DNA of 64,000 nucleotides from Takakia lepidozioides. Its lineage: Eukaryota > Plantae > Bryophyta. Positions 11,700-23,945 of this stretch are shown in pieces. The position numbers were made by a program, and so were the translations under genes. The first letter of the stretch is position 1. Each line of letters starts with the position of its first letter. The DNA is taken from contig CM060733.1 of NCBI GenBank assembly GCA_030704615.1, positions 66,836,001-66,900,000 on the forward strand. The letters run 5' to 3'. The notes below the pieces were generated by a model, which searched no databases, was not told the DNA's origin, and saw only the letters and a list, made by a program, of their open reading frames with translations.

Positions 11700-12240
11700 T
11701 TTAGAAGACCAACCAATATATATAGTACACCACAACATTTCTGTCTCCTCAGCATCATGCCACAATTTTGTTGTTGCTGCCAAGAAGAAAATATAATCCA
11801 GGTTAAATTGAACCAACCTGAACAGTGTCGATGTCCATAGTAAGTGGAGCACTTGAAGGCATTTCCACATGAAATGTGTCGACCAGAGAAGGGAGTCCAA
11901 CTATAACAACTGACTCCTCATTCTTAAACAGAGCCTCCACATCAAACTCCTTCCTCCAGTCAGTTACAATTGCAGATTTGGCATGCTCACTGACCTCCCG
12001 CACAGGTGTCACTGTGATGTAAGGGATTTTTCCTGCCATTGAAACATGATAAATGAATGTCAGTTCCAAGAATCTTCTCGAAGGGTAACCATAGTAACTG
12101 TGAATTCTTGGCTTGCATTTGAAACGTGTATAAGTGGTTTTATTGTAAAAGGAACTGTACATGTCAGCTTTAGATATAGGTACATTTCCACCATAAACCA
12201 CCATTGATTGAATGAAGGCAGGAAAGTTTCCTAACCTAGA
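11700..12240 (-). pseudogene. Captured exon fragments of an unidentified gene
   Basis: Exon-like GKIPYITVTPVREVSEH...TMDIDTVQ bounded by CAG and GT. Lies directly downstream of a PDF fragment. Confidence 0.35.
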
Positions 12241-12311
12241 CAGTCGAGGGACAATGTTCTGAAAATGAACTCCACGTTTCTCTCACAGTTCGTTCGATGA
12301 CGAAAACCATT

Positions 12312-12400
12312 CACCTTTTTGTCTCCATTGTCCCACCATTGACTGGGGTCGGGAAAGTGTTCATTCCAAAGCTTCTCCTCATCTCCCTCTGAAATCGGTG
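12312..12400 (-). pseudogene. OSB-type PDF motif fragment
   Basis: DEEKLWNEHFPDPSQWWDNGDKK, near-identical to 38119-38190. Confidence 0.7.
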
Positions 12401-12444
12401 TGTGAACCGGGTATCGTCATCCCTTCCTCGCGCTGCAAAGACAG

Positions 12445-12572
12445 TTTTGGGCAGTTCGGGCAGGTCCGACGAAATTTGAAGATGACGAAACGTGGCGACG
12501 ATGACGTGGCACTATGGCACCCTATATCTGCTCAACGCTAAACTAGCTTCCGACCTTCGGTCGTCGCTAGAA
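12445..12572 (+). mobile_element. Helitron-like terminus, copy 1 (hairpin + CTAG)
   Basis: ~125-bp repeat ending CTAGCTTC-CGACC-TTC-GGTCG-TC-GCTAGAA. Homology to the other two copies stops at CTAGAA. Confidence 0.6.
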
Positions 12573-13269
12573 CTAGGGCTTCGCGTTGCTCCGCACTACT
12601 AGCGACGAATTCTGAGAACTACGTTCAATTTTCACAAAAAAGGGGTGGGTCATCCCCACGGTGTTACATGCAGAGATCCCGTGTTTTGTTTTTTCTGGAA
12701 GAAAAATGGCGGATCTGCATTTCAATGTTCAATTTTCACAAGCCGCATCAATCAATAACAACATACCCAAATACCCTTACATTCACTATATGAACTTTCA
12801 AGCATCCACCGTGGGATTGGATCTTGGTGGGTTAAGGCTAGCTTTTGACAATATTCATGCAAGTTCGTCAAGGGCTCCATCCAAAGCCACACCACGAGAA
12901 ACAAACAAACCATGTCAAAGTTAATGATGTGTTGTTGAACAATCCTTTGTGACATGACTGACCACTCCACCCCCTCCTCCCTCCCTCTCATCAAGCTCAT
13001 TAAAATTCGTATTTCACTTCCATCTTGAAGCTTGGAGAAGCTCCACCACCCAAACCTAGAATAGGACAGCAGCACTGCAGCACTGATTTCCATCCACTGT
13101 CACCAAGAATCAGTCAAAAATCACCCCTTTCAGTCAAGTGCAATTATGGGCTGACTTCCACCCATTGCGGGTAGACCCCAATATCATTTCCTGTGGATTT
13201 ATGGCACAGGAAATGCACTCAACAGTACATCATGGTCAATACTTTCGGGAAAAGGTGGATGGTGTGAGT

Positions 13270-15200
13270 AGCTACGTCACAGAGTGGTGAAAGCGGTTAG
13301 CGTCCCGTACAACAATTGCTCGGCCAACAATCTTTGAGATGAATTTGGTGGAGGTGTGGCAGTCACCACACCACTCGAAGATTCTTGATGAGACGAGAGA
13401 GAGGCGTCCTAGGGGTCATGCTGATCAGCCCAAAACCAATGGCCAGCTTCTCACTGTGGTGGCAAAGAGAAAATTCCTTTTCCTCCTCCCCACGTCATGC
13501 AATACAAGCCGCCTGTCAGCACATACCCCGCCTCCTTCATCTTCCCATACAATCTTCTCAGCCTCAGCATGGATTTCCTTAATTGCGGATGCAACTTGTC
13601 ATCTACAACGAAGGTGTGCACCCTGTTGCAAACCTCAATGCGGCAGCGACTTGGCTCCTTTTTCAACCCCCCTCTGACCTTCATCATTGTCTCACCTTTA
13701 CAGTATCAACCCACCTACAGCTGCCGCATAAATGTTTGATAGCAACATATAGTCGCGACATCCTGTTCATTCCACTTGAGGATAGATGTTGCCGCACGTT
13801 CAGCCATCTCTACATTGTCATGTATTCTGCAGGCACTGAACAAGGCCTTCCACACACACAAACATCTGGATTGATTGGCATTTATTAATCAGGTCCACTG
13901 CCTCATCCAGTTGACCCGCAGTCCCCAAGAAGGTCCACCATGCGCCAAGTGCTAGTAGCCTATACACGCTCGGAGGACTAAGTAGCATACACATGTACCG
14001 GCGAGCCATGACCACTATATTTGAATTAGGGAATCAAAGTAGCGTCTTTCTTCATTCAGAAGCCAGTGTGGTTGATGCAGAGAGAACATATACTGCTTCA
14101 AGCCATTCTTTTCTTTCCTGTCAAATAGTTGCAGGACCTCCCCTATAAAAACCATGCTGTGCATACCTGTGATCATTGCCATTCCACGAAACCACATCTC
14201 GTTCAGCCATATTGTCGAACACTCCCTTTGCATCCTCCATGCACCTCTTTGCCCTTTTCCAGGGCTGCCAGGCTTGCACACAAACGTGATGTGGTCGGGC
14301 TTCACCCCATCGCACATCATTTGCTCATAGGTCTCAAAGCCTCCATCCCAGTCCCTGCTGTGCATACCCGCAAGCACCGCACTCCACGACACCACACCTC
14401 GTTCAGCCATAGTGTCGAACACTCCTTTGCATCATATGCACCACATTTTGCAAAACATGTCCACCAGGATATTGTTCAGAATGACAGCTGGTACATTCCA
14501 GCTCTGAAGATGTCGCCATGGACCTCTTCCCTTTTCCAGAGCTGCCAGGGCAGTGTTTTAGAATGACATTTGTACAATTCCAGCTTTGACGATTTATCCC
14601 ATGCACCTCTTGCCCTTCTCTAGGGCTGCCAGGCTTGCACGATGCCACATCTTGTTCAGCCATAGTGTTGAACACCCATTGCGTCCTAGGACCCCACATT
14701 TTGCAAACATGTCCACCGGGTATTGTTCAGAATGAAATCTGGTGACAATTCCAGCTCTGAAGATGCTGCCATGGACCTCTTTCCCCTTTGCCAGAGTTGC
14801 CAGGGCAAAATGTTCAGAATGACGTTTGGTACAATTCCAGCTTTGATGATATCCCCATGCCCCTCTTTGCCCTTCTCAAGGGCTGCCAGGCTTGCACAAG
14901 CATTGCAAATGCACACAAACATGATGTGCTTCTCCCATCATTTGCTCATAGGTCTCCAAAGCCTCCATCCCACGTCCGTGCTGTGCATACCCTGCAAGCA
15001 TCGCACTCCACGACACCACATCTCGTTCAGCCATAGTGTCGAACACTCCCTTTGCATCCTAGATGCACCCACATTTTGCATACATGTCCACTAGGGCAGT
15101 GTTCAGAATGACATTTGGTACAATTCCAGCTCTGACGATCTCATCATGGACCTCTTTCTCCTTTTCAAGGCTCCCAGGTTTGCACACGCAAGGCTGCCCT
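13270..15200 (-). pseudogene. PLS-class PPR-E-DYW pseudogene A
   Basis: MAERDVVSW and DMYAKCG repeats, E-domain remnants, [39 protein letters not shown]. Many frameshifts and internal deletions. Confidence 0.9.
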
Positions 15201-15454
15201 TCACTCATCCATGTCACCAACCGGAAATGAGTTCAGGGTTTTATGCCTAACTGTTGTTCGGACATTTTGCACTCTTCCAACATGGCCTTGGACACGTCAG
15301 CTTCCAAGTCAACTTCCAAGTCAACTTCATCTTAGCAGGGTCAGTTCCTCTTGCCTCATATTCATGTACTTGAAATCTCCTCTTCCCGTTCTGCCATGAC
15401 TTCACCTGTTGGACTGGATGTTGGCAGATCCACTACCTTCGTCTCCAGACACAA

Positions 15455-17420
15455 ACACAATGGCCAGCTTCTCATTGTGGTGGCAACAGAAGAAAATTCC
15501 TTTCCTCCTCCCCCACATCATGCAATACAAAGTGCGTGTCAGGCACATACCCCGCCTCCTTTCATCTGCCCAGACTCAGCTCAGCATGGATTTCCTAAAT
15601 TTTGGGATGTCATCTACAGGGAAAGTGTGCACCCTGTTGCCAACCTCAATGCAGCAGCGACCTAGCTCCTTTCTAACCCCTCTAACCTTCATCATTCTTC
15701 TCACCTTTGCAGTATTATCCCACCTACCAAGCTGCAACATAGATGTTTGATAGCAACACATAAGTCACGGCATCCTAGTGTTCAACCCATTTGAGGATAG
15801 ATGTTGCCGCACGTTCAACCATCTCCACATTGCCATGGATTCTGCAGGCACGAAGCAAGGCCTTCCACACCACAACGTTTGGATTGATTGGCATTTTACT
15901 AATCAGATCCACTACCTCATCCAGTTGTCCCGCACATCCAAGAAGGTCCACCATACAGCCAAAGTGCTTTACTGTCGGAGTGACACCATGATCTTGATTT
16001 CCTTCATTTAGTAGGCCAGAGTGGCTGCATGCAGAGAGAACACATATAAAGGTGATACTGTCGGCTCAAGCCATTCTTTTACATTCCCTCAAATAGTTGT
16101 AGGACCTCCCTATGACACCATGTTGGGCATATCCTGCAAACATCGCGTTCCACGACACCACATTTCGTTCAGCCATATTGTCGAACACTCCCTTCGCATC
16201 CTCAATGCACCCACATTTGGCATACATGTCCACTAGGGCAGTGTACAATTCCAGCTTTGACGATGTCACCATGGACCCCTTTTCCCTTTTCCAGGGCTGC
16301 CAGGCTTGCACAGGCATTGCAAACGGAAACAAACGTGATGTGGTGAAGCTTCACCCCTCCCCCCATCATTTGATCATAGGTCTCCAAAGCCTCCACCCCA
16401 CGTCCCTGTTGTGCATACCCTGCAAGCATCACGTTCCACGACACTACATCTCGTTCAGCCTGCATATTGTTGAAAACTCCCTTCGCATCCTCAATGCACC
16501 CACATTTGGCATATATGTCCACCAGGGCAGTGTTCAGAATGACATCTGGTACAAATGTTGCGCGAAGGGGTGGGCCTGGGAGTCTAGAAAAGGGGAAAGA
16601 GGTCCATGGTGACATCGTCAAAAGTGGTGCTCATAGGTCTCCAAAGCATTCCTACCACACCCATGGTTGGTAAACCCCGCCAACATTATATTCCACGTGA
16701 TCAAAGATCGTTGAGGCATTCTGTTGAACACTTGGTGAGCATCCCACACTTAACATACATGTCGACAAGGGTGTTGAGTAGAAAAACATTTGACGTGAAT
16801 CCAATTTGGATAATATGAGTGTGCACCTGCTTTCCAGCTTTCAGACCTTCCATCTTGATGCACTTAAGCAAGAGACAGACATTATTTAAATTTGCTGAAA
16901 TGCCTCCTTGGTTTAAAGTCTAAAGAGCCACTGTCAGTTTGCCTACTACACAAAGCATCTTGAAGAGGCATTGTGGACTCCCTCTCGTGATCCTCTTTCA
17001 GAAGCTGTGATCATGGTTGAGGTGCCTGATTTTATCAACTGTGCCGCTGTAGCTGCTGCTTGACCATCCACCTATGCAGGGTTCTTGTAGCTATTGATCC
17101 ACAGGGAAACATACGTAATCTGGAGCTTGAAGTCCGGCCCTCTTGGATGAATCCGGACCCACACTCTATCCCTGCTCTTTCAGCTATCCATGCACAAATC
17201 ATGCATACATCCTTGCATTGCTGCCAGCAGCTGACAATGACAGCCTAGAATTGTTCCAGCAAACACCCCCAAGTTCATATGCTCAATTGCATCTGCTACT
17301 CTCTGTAATCCAACAGGCATTCACTTTTTTGCCTCGATTGTCCCACCATTAACTGGGGTCAGAAAAGTATTCATTCCACAGCTTCTCCTTGTCTCTGTTA
17401 CCTATTTCTGGATACTTTCC
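15455..17420 (-). pseudogene. OSB-PDF-PPR-E-DYW(truncated) fusion pseudogene B
   Basis: KEKLWNEYFSDPS*WWDNRGKK, intron, IHPRGPDFKLQITYVSLWINSYKNP, then LLKCIKMEGLKAGKQVHTHII..NTLVDMYVKCG, PLS repeats, E domains, and DYW up to HHNEKLA. Confidence 0.82.
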
Positions 17421-19400
17421 TGTTGTCACATTGGTAGTATCATGTCAGTCACTCCAAACTATCAAAGGTTCGCTCAACCAGCTAACTTGCAGAATTCAAC
17501 ATGAAAATTTAGGGCCGATTCTGATAAGAGGGAAAAACAGGGTGAAATGTGTTGAAGAAGGTGCCTTCATTAGCAGTGCCTGATTTTATCAATTGTGCCG
17601 CTGCTGCTGCGACTTCCAGTTGACCATCTGTTTCTTGTACCTGTCCTTCCATAGGTAATCATAGGTAATCTGGAGCTTGAAATCCGGCCCTCTTGGATGA
17701 ATCTGGACCCACCCTCTATCCCTGCTCTTCAGCTATCCATGCCTCTGCACAAATCATGCATACATCTTTGCGTTGTTGCTAGTAGCTGACAATGACAGCC
17801 TAAAATTGTTCCAGCAAGCACCCCAACCCTACTTTTGTTCATTCAAAGCTTCTCGTCATCTCTATTATCTGTTTCTGGATACTTTCCTGCTGCCACATCG
17901 GTAGTTACTTGTCAAAGTCATTCCAAACTGCCACAGATCCACCCAACGAGCTAACTCATAGAATTCAATATGCATCTCACGGCCAAATCTGATGAGAGGG
18001 TAAAACAAGTTGAAATAGGTCGAAGAAGAAGGTGTCCTCACCATATTGTCCTTGACCTTGTGGCATGACCCATGGAGGATTTGACCAACCATCAACCCGA
18101 AAGGACCTCTTCTGTGTGCTGCTTGTGTCTGTAGTCAGGTAATGTCGGATTGGTCTGTGAGAACCACCACGGTGCAGCTCAGCAAGCAGAGATCGTCGGA
18201 GGGCAAAAAAGGCTGAAATAGGTCGAAGAAGAAGGTGCCCTCACCACATTGTCCTTGACCTTGTAGCATGACCCATGGAGGATTGACCGACCATCAACCC
18301 AAAAGGACCTCTTCGCAAGTCATTTGCTCATAGGTCTCCAGAGCCTCCATCCTGCACCCTTGCGGTGCATATCCTGCAATCATATGGAGGATTTGAAAGG
18401 ACCTCTTCTGTGTGCTGCTTGTGTCCGTAGTCAGGTCATGTCGGATTGGTCTGTGAGAACCACCACGGTGTAGCTCAGCAGGCAGAGATTGTCGGAGGGC
18501 AAAACAGGCTAAAATAGGTCTTCAGAATGACATCTGGTACAATTCCAGCTTCGACGATGTCACCATGGACCTCTTTCCCCTTTTCTAGAGCTCCCAGGCT
18601 TGCACACGCATTGCAAACACAAACAAAGGTGATGTGGTTGCGCTTCACCCCTTTGCGCATCATTTGTTCATAGGTCTCCAAAGCATTCCTACCACGCCCA
18701 TGCTTGGTAAGTCCGAATCCACTTTGGATAATGTGAGTGTGCACCTGCTTTCCAGCTTCCAGACCTTCCATGTTGATGCACTTAAGCAAGAGACAGACAT
18801 ACGTATCTGAATCTGCTGAAATGTCTCCTTGGTTTAAAGTCTGTAGAGCCTCTGTCAGTCTGCCTGCCGCACAAAGCTACCCATGCAGGTCTTGTAGCTA
18901 TTGATCCACAGGTAATCATAGGTAATCTTGTGCTTGAAATCTGGCCCTCTTGGATGAATCTGGACCCACACTCTATCCCTGCTCCTTCAACTATCCCTGC
19001 CTGTGTACAAATCATGAATACATCATCAGCCTTGCTGCTAGCGGCTGACACTGACGGCGTGAAGTTCTTCCAGCAAACACCCCAGCCCTACTTATTACAG
19101 TAGCACCCAACGATCTAACTTACAAAATTCGATATGCATCTCGGGGCCGAGTCTGATGAGAGGGAAAAATAGGCTGAAATAGGTCGAAGAAGAAAGAGCC
19201 CTCACCACATTGTCCTTGACCTTGTTGCATGACCCATGGAGGATTTGAACGACCATCAACCCAAAAGGACCTCTTGTGTGTGCTGCTTGTGTCTGTAGTC
19301 AGGTAATGTCGGATTGGTCTGTGAGAACCACCACGGTGCAGCTAAGTAGGCAGAGATTGAAACACGGCCTGCTAAGACCAAGCTGACTTTCCCAGAACCT
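17420..19400 (-). repeat. Scrambled multi-copy segments of the PDF-PPR gene 5' region
   Basis: Block GTAGTCAGGTAATGTCGGATTGGTCTGTGAGAACCACCACGG at ~18131, 18427, 19296 and 38395. Block AAATAGGTCGAAGAAGAAGGTGCCCTCACC repeated. PDF exon repeated at ~17100, 17660 and 18920. Confidence 0.85.
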
Positions 19401-19511
19401 CGTAAACGCGCTCAAGGACGCGGGGGCATCATCCTCCCTTCCTCGCGCACATCTCTCCCGGTTTTCTTTGCGTTTTTTTTTTTTTTTTTTTTTTTTTCCT
19501 TCTTCTGTTAT

Positions 19512-19639
19512 GTTCGGGCAGCGCGGGCAGGTCCGACGAAATTTGACGATGACGAAATGTGGCGACGATGACGAGGCACTATGGCACCCTATATCTGCTC
19601 TACGCTAAACTAGCTTCCGACCTTCGGTCATCGCTAGAA
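19512..19639 (+). mobile_element. Helitron-like terminus, copy 2
   Basis: Near-identical to 12445-12572; CTAG at 19634-19637. Confidence 0.6.
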
Positions 19640-19889
19640 TAATAACATTGCAGATTTTAGTATCCAAATTGAAGCAAACTTGGTTAAAAGAAGACTGATT
19701 GCAACCACATAAGACACCCTACATGTGCTAAAAAAAATAAAGAATAGGGGCGGGCCCGCCCTACATGTGCTAAGAAATGAAGCATACATAGTAGAGGGCC
19801 CTTGGGGCTGGACGTTCCCTCCCTGACATGTGCACCCTCTTACCTGACCCCTGACATATTGTGCACCGAGCCAATTTCCTATTCATACC

Positions 19890-20180
19890 ATGGTATAGTT
19901 CTTGTTTTTGCCCATAATATGGGTATGCACCCGGGTATTGCCTTGGCAATACCAGCCGGTCCGGTTATCAACCATAGTATTGGAATTGCCAATACCAGCC
20001 GGTCGGTTATTAACCATAGTATTACAAAAGCCAATACCAGCCGGGTCGGTTGTTCAATACCCGGGTTGATACCCGGCCAGACCCTACATACCAGTCCAAC
20101 ACTGGTAAATACCCTGACCCGACGGGTAATTTTTTTCTCAAAATTAAGGTTACCCTTACATTCAATACCCGCTCAATACC
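19890..20180 (+). repeat. MITE/TE subterminal-type repeat (CAATACCAGCCGG units)
   Basis: Multiple CAATACC motifs; inverted homolog at 35875-36160. Confidence 0.6.
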
Positions 20181-20422
20181 GTCTCTCTCTCTCTCTTCCT
20201 TCTCTCATCGTGTGAACAAGCTTTCACACACACTCCCACAATCACATCTGCCTTTGATTCTGTTCATACTCTACATCAAGGTACCTACAAGGCTTCAGGG
20301 CGGCGGAGCGTTGGATGCTGAAAGAACCATACATATTGTGCTCATCTCCATACAGACCTCAGTGAATTGAACTCCGTTGCTACTTCAAAGGGTCCTACTT
20401 CGAAGATTTGATACAGACAGCC

Positions 20423-20650
20423 ATGGATCCCGGAGCGCTCGTAGTGCCTGTACTGGGCGTTGTCGCAGCGGCGGCTATTACTTTTTATGCTGTGAGTTTC
20501 ATGGAGATGAGTGACAAGTCCTTCGAGGACCTTGAAGATAGACTCGGTCCGGGCTCGAGACCACAGCTCCGATCTTCGCAGAGTTCCAAAAAGAGGCGTG
20601 AAGCTCGGCGCAAATCAAAACAGCAGAAAGATAGTAGTCCTGACTCGTGA
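20423..20650 (+). CDS. Small single-TM protein with basic C-terminus (75 aa), resembles a conserved uncharacterised plant family
   Basis: MDPGALVVPVLGVVAAAAITFYAVSFMEMSDKSFEDLE...SSKKRREARRK; good Kozak context (GCCATGG). Confidence 0.75.
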   Translation: MDPGALVVPVLGVVAAAAITFYAVSFMEMSDKSFEDLEDRLGPGSRPQLRSSQSSKKRREARRKSKQQKDSSPDS

Positions 20651-23600
20651 TGACTAGACTAGACTAGATGGTTCTGGGTCCCAAGTTTAGGACTTCTAAG
20701 GAGCTCTGCGAAGGTCACCACTGCCTTCTGAGTAGAAAAACTGGGGTCTGTTTCTCAGACACGTCTTTGCAAATGTATGCCGAGCCGGTGGGGGAAAAGC
20801 TGTAAAGTTTTATCCAGACTCTCGATGGCATAGTTCCAATACAACCTTCTAAGAGCCCATCACAGAAATCACGTCTCTTCAAACTGCGACAGCACCCACT
20901 GATTCAGTAAGAGTCCATAGGTGGTTGTGTTGGATATGAAGGTTTAGAATTACCATTGGCAATCTAGAAAGCACACAATATTGAATGTGGCACTTAGTGA
21001 GGGAGTGAGGGGGAGGCTGTCGTGCATTTGACTGATTTCTGAGTAGCCTCCAGCTGACAAATAGGTACTTGAAAGACATTCTTACTCGCACATAAATGAT
21101 ACTCAAGTTAATACACTTGAGACAACTTATTTGGAAACAATGTGACAGTTTGGACAACTGGTTTCAGAAAATGGGTTTTAAGTCAGCCATGCATAGGCAA
21201 ACCTCCACAGCAAACAAGTGGAAACATTCGTTGGGAAGTTTAGATTGAAGATGAGTTGATTCTCAAAAAATATACACAACAAACTTTGACTAAGTGTGAT
21301 TTGAAGGAGCAATCCAGGGCACCACAACACATCTCAGAACGCACCTGGGCATCTGCAAGCACTGACGAAACACTCCTGCCATTTTCACAGGCCAGACAGG
21401 CGATCTGCAAACAAGCAATGTATGCCATACTACACTGACACCTTGCAAAACTTTGCACCCACAACAATGTGCAGAAACCCCAAAGAACTTTCTGAGCGTG
21501 GCACAAACCCACCAAGCCGTAGGGACGAGGAGGGCTGGAAAAACTCATCCTTGCATGCTTACAGTACTACATGCAGACACGGCATGTCTGATTTCTCTCG
21601 TCTGCTTCCAAAATGAGTGCAGTGCAAGACAAAGCTAATCACAAGAGCACCAACCTGGCTACACCACCCACCAATCGAAGAGGCCCGCACCACCCTGAAG
21701 CTATCACATGCCTACAATTTGACTGATCAGATGCCTTAGAGTGATGCTACTCCTTATCAGTCCATGCACATATCTTGACAAGACCACAATTTGATTGCAC
21801 ATAACATACCATCATTGTATTGTTTTCTGGCAATCAATGCATCACGGCTGGATCGCATGGCAAGAGCCAACGTCCCTTTCATCACCTGTCATAAACCCAT
21901 ATTGGCACTGCCTTCAGCTACAGATTTATCACCATATAGTCAGCTATTTTAGTCTAAGATGTCAAAGTATAACTGTTCCTCAAGACAGGGAAATCTTCCC
22001 TATTAGTCCTATAGAGTATGAAAGAAGTGTCTACAAGTCAACACGGGTCAAACAGATACAAGATGTACACAAAAAATGTAACACCCAACCATAAATAATA
22101 TCCAATAACTCAAGACTCACCAGGAGACTCTGTACATGATGCTGCCCATGCTAAGTTCCCCACGGCAGTCATAATGAATCCTGTCTACACAAAGCTGTCA
22201 GCTTGTACGTATGTCCCATGATGCATGGGTTCAGGAAAAGAAAGCTGTATAGGCTGCCAAGTCCACTGAGGGACAATCATTAAACCAAACCAACAGACAT
22301 AGAGGATACTTGGTCCCAACATAGAATTTGCTACACTCTTTCTGGGGAAGATAAGAAGATGCATCACCATACCAGTTTTGAAAACCAGAGACCTTCAGGG
22401 TGACCCAACATAAACACTCCACTTGGCCAGGAGGTCTGCAATGTGAACGAAAGAGATATAGGGGAAAGTTGCATCTACGGTGAGCTGTCTAAGCACACAA
22501 ACATGGGTTTGAGTCTTGTATGCCCCACAACACTTGCCCATGCAGATGTGAAACAAACACTTATCACAATGTGCGATATGGATCGCCTAACATAGCAACG
22601 AAGTATAAACAGAAAGCCAGCTATCTAGAAGCCCATCTACCCTGGACATTTAGTTTCAACCACTGAATGAGGTGCACCACTGTAACATTACCACACACTT
22701 TCCTTGCGAATATATGGTGAATGGTTGGAAAAGCCCGCCGCCCACCATTGGGTGACTGGAAAGATACTGTCGAACGTATCTTCAACGCCAGCGACCCAAT
22801 AGGGGTGATTCTATGCCAGGACCCGAGACTCAGGCTGAGGCAGCAGTGTCTTCACCAGGAATCAAGCACCCAGATGGTTTGGATTTGGAAGATCTTTGTC
22901 AAGCCATAAAAAACCATCTCTGATTGTCCTGTATCGAATACAGAGCATGTGTCATGCAGGTACAATGTGGCAAAATCCTCCCTTCAAAAGTTGGGCCAGG
23001 GGCATGAGTTTCCGTGACATTCCATTCCAGCTTATCGGGCGCAGGGTATCTCCAATACAGGCCAGTGTAACAATTCAAGGATAGCATAGTCTACCATCAA
23101 CACACTCATGAGAGGATAACTGGGACCAATGTTGCCTACGTGCCTATGTAGCCAAATTGCCAGTAAGGGAGACAGAAGGTATGGGAGGATGGCTGAGAGA
23201 GAGAGAGAGCAGACTCACGATTTGAGGGAGGGTGGTGCAGTGCAAGATACCTGTGACCAGAGCCAGCCGTCGAATGAAGAGTTGCACAAGAAACAGAAAT
23301 AAGACAAGCTAGTGACTGACCAAACCTTGACATGCAGAACTGCATATTCACACGAGTATATATATCTATGGTCTGTTGGATTTGGTAGCCTCAATTTCCC
23401 CAGGAAAGGAAACCCGGACATCCAGTAGTCCCAACATAATCATGGTAATAATCTTCAACTGGTAAAAGTATTCAGGTATTTAAATTGTAGCACTTTCCAG
23501 AGCACAGTTTGAATAGATCAGGCAGCAGAATAGTGTCAAGTTGGACTTGACAAGAATGGAGCCCCTCATTGACCAGTAGGCAGTACAGAGTCTCTGGTTT

Positions 23601-23945
23601 GAATTACATTGGCATCTCTCCTACCATTGAGATATCTTCGACATGTGGATAGATTTTCCTAATGCCTCTGACCCAGGACATCATAGTGCATCTTTATGTC
23701 TGGGACAGCTCATCAGTAAGAAGACTGAGGGCTGGCCAGAAGAGAACTACCTTTAGTGCCAAGGCCCTACAATTGAGCAAGGAATAGCACCTTCAACCTG
23801 TGCTTACTGTGCCCAGGATTTTTTTCCTAATGGCTCAGTAGAAGCTGAGTGGCTGACTCCGCTAACTCTAACATAGGTCCACATGGGTTGGAGCCTCAGA
23901 CCACCTACAGTCTGGCCGGTGCCCTTACAACTGGGATCTGAAGTA

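Noticed and set aside
20830-23900. Remaining 3' exons of CAT9, which would place CTF7 inside CAT9
   Set aside because: Only very short resemblances were seen (SVGAVA, VANS), and not in a convincing order. A tBLASTn would be needed.
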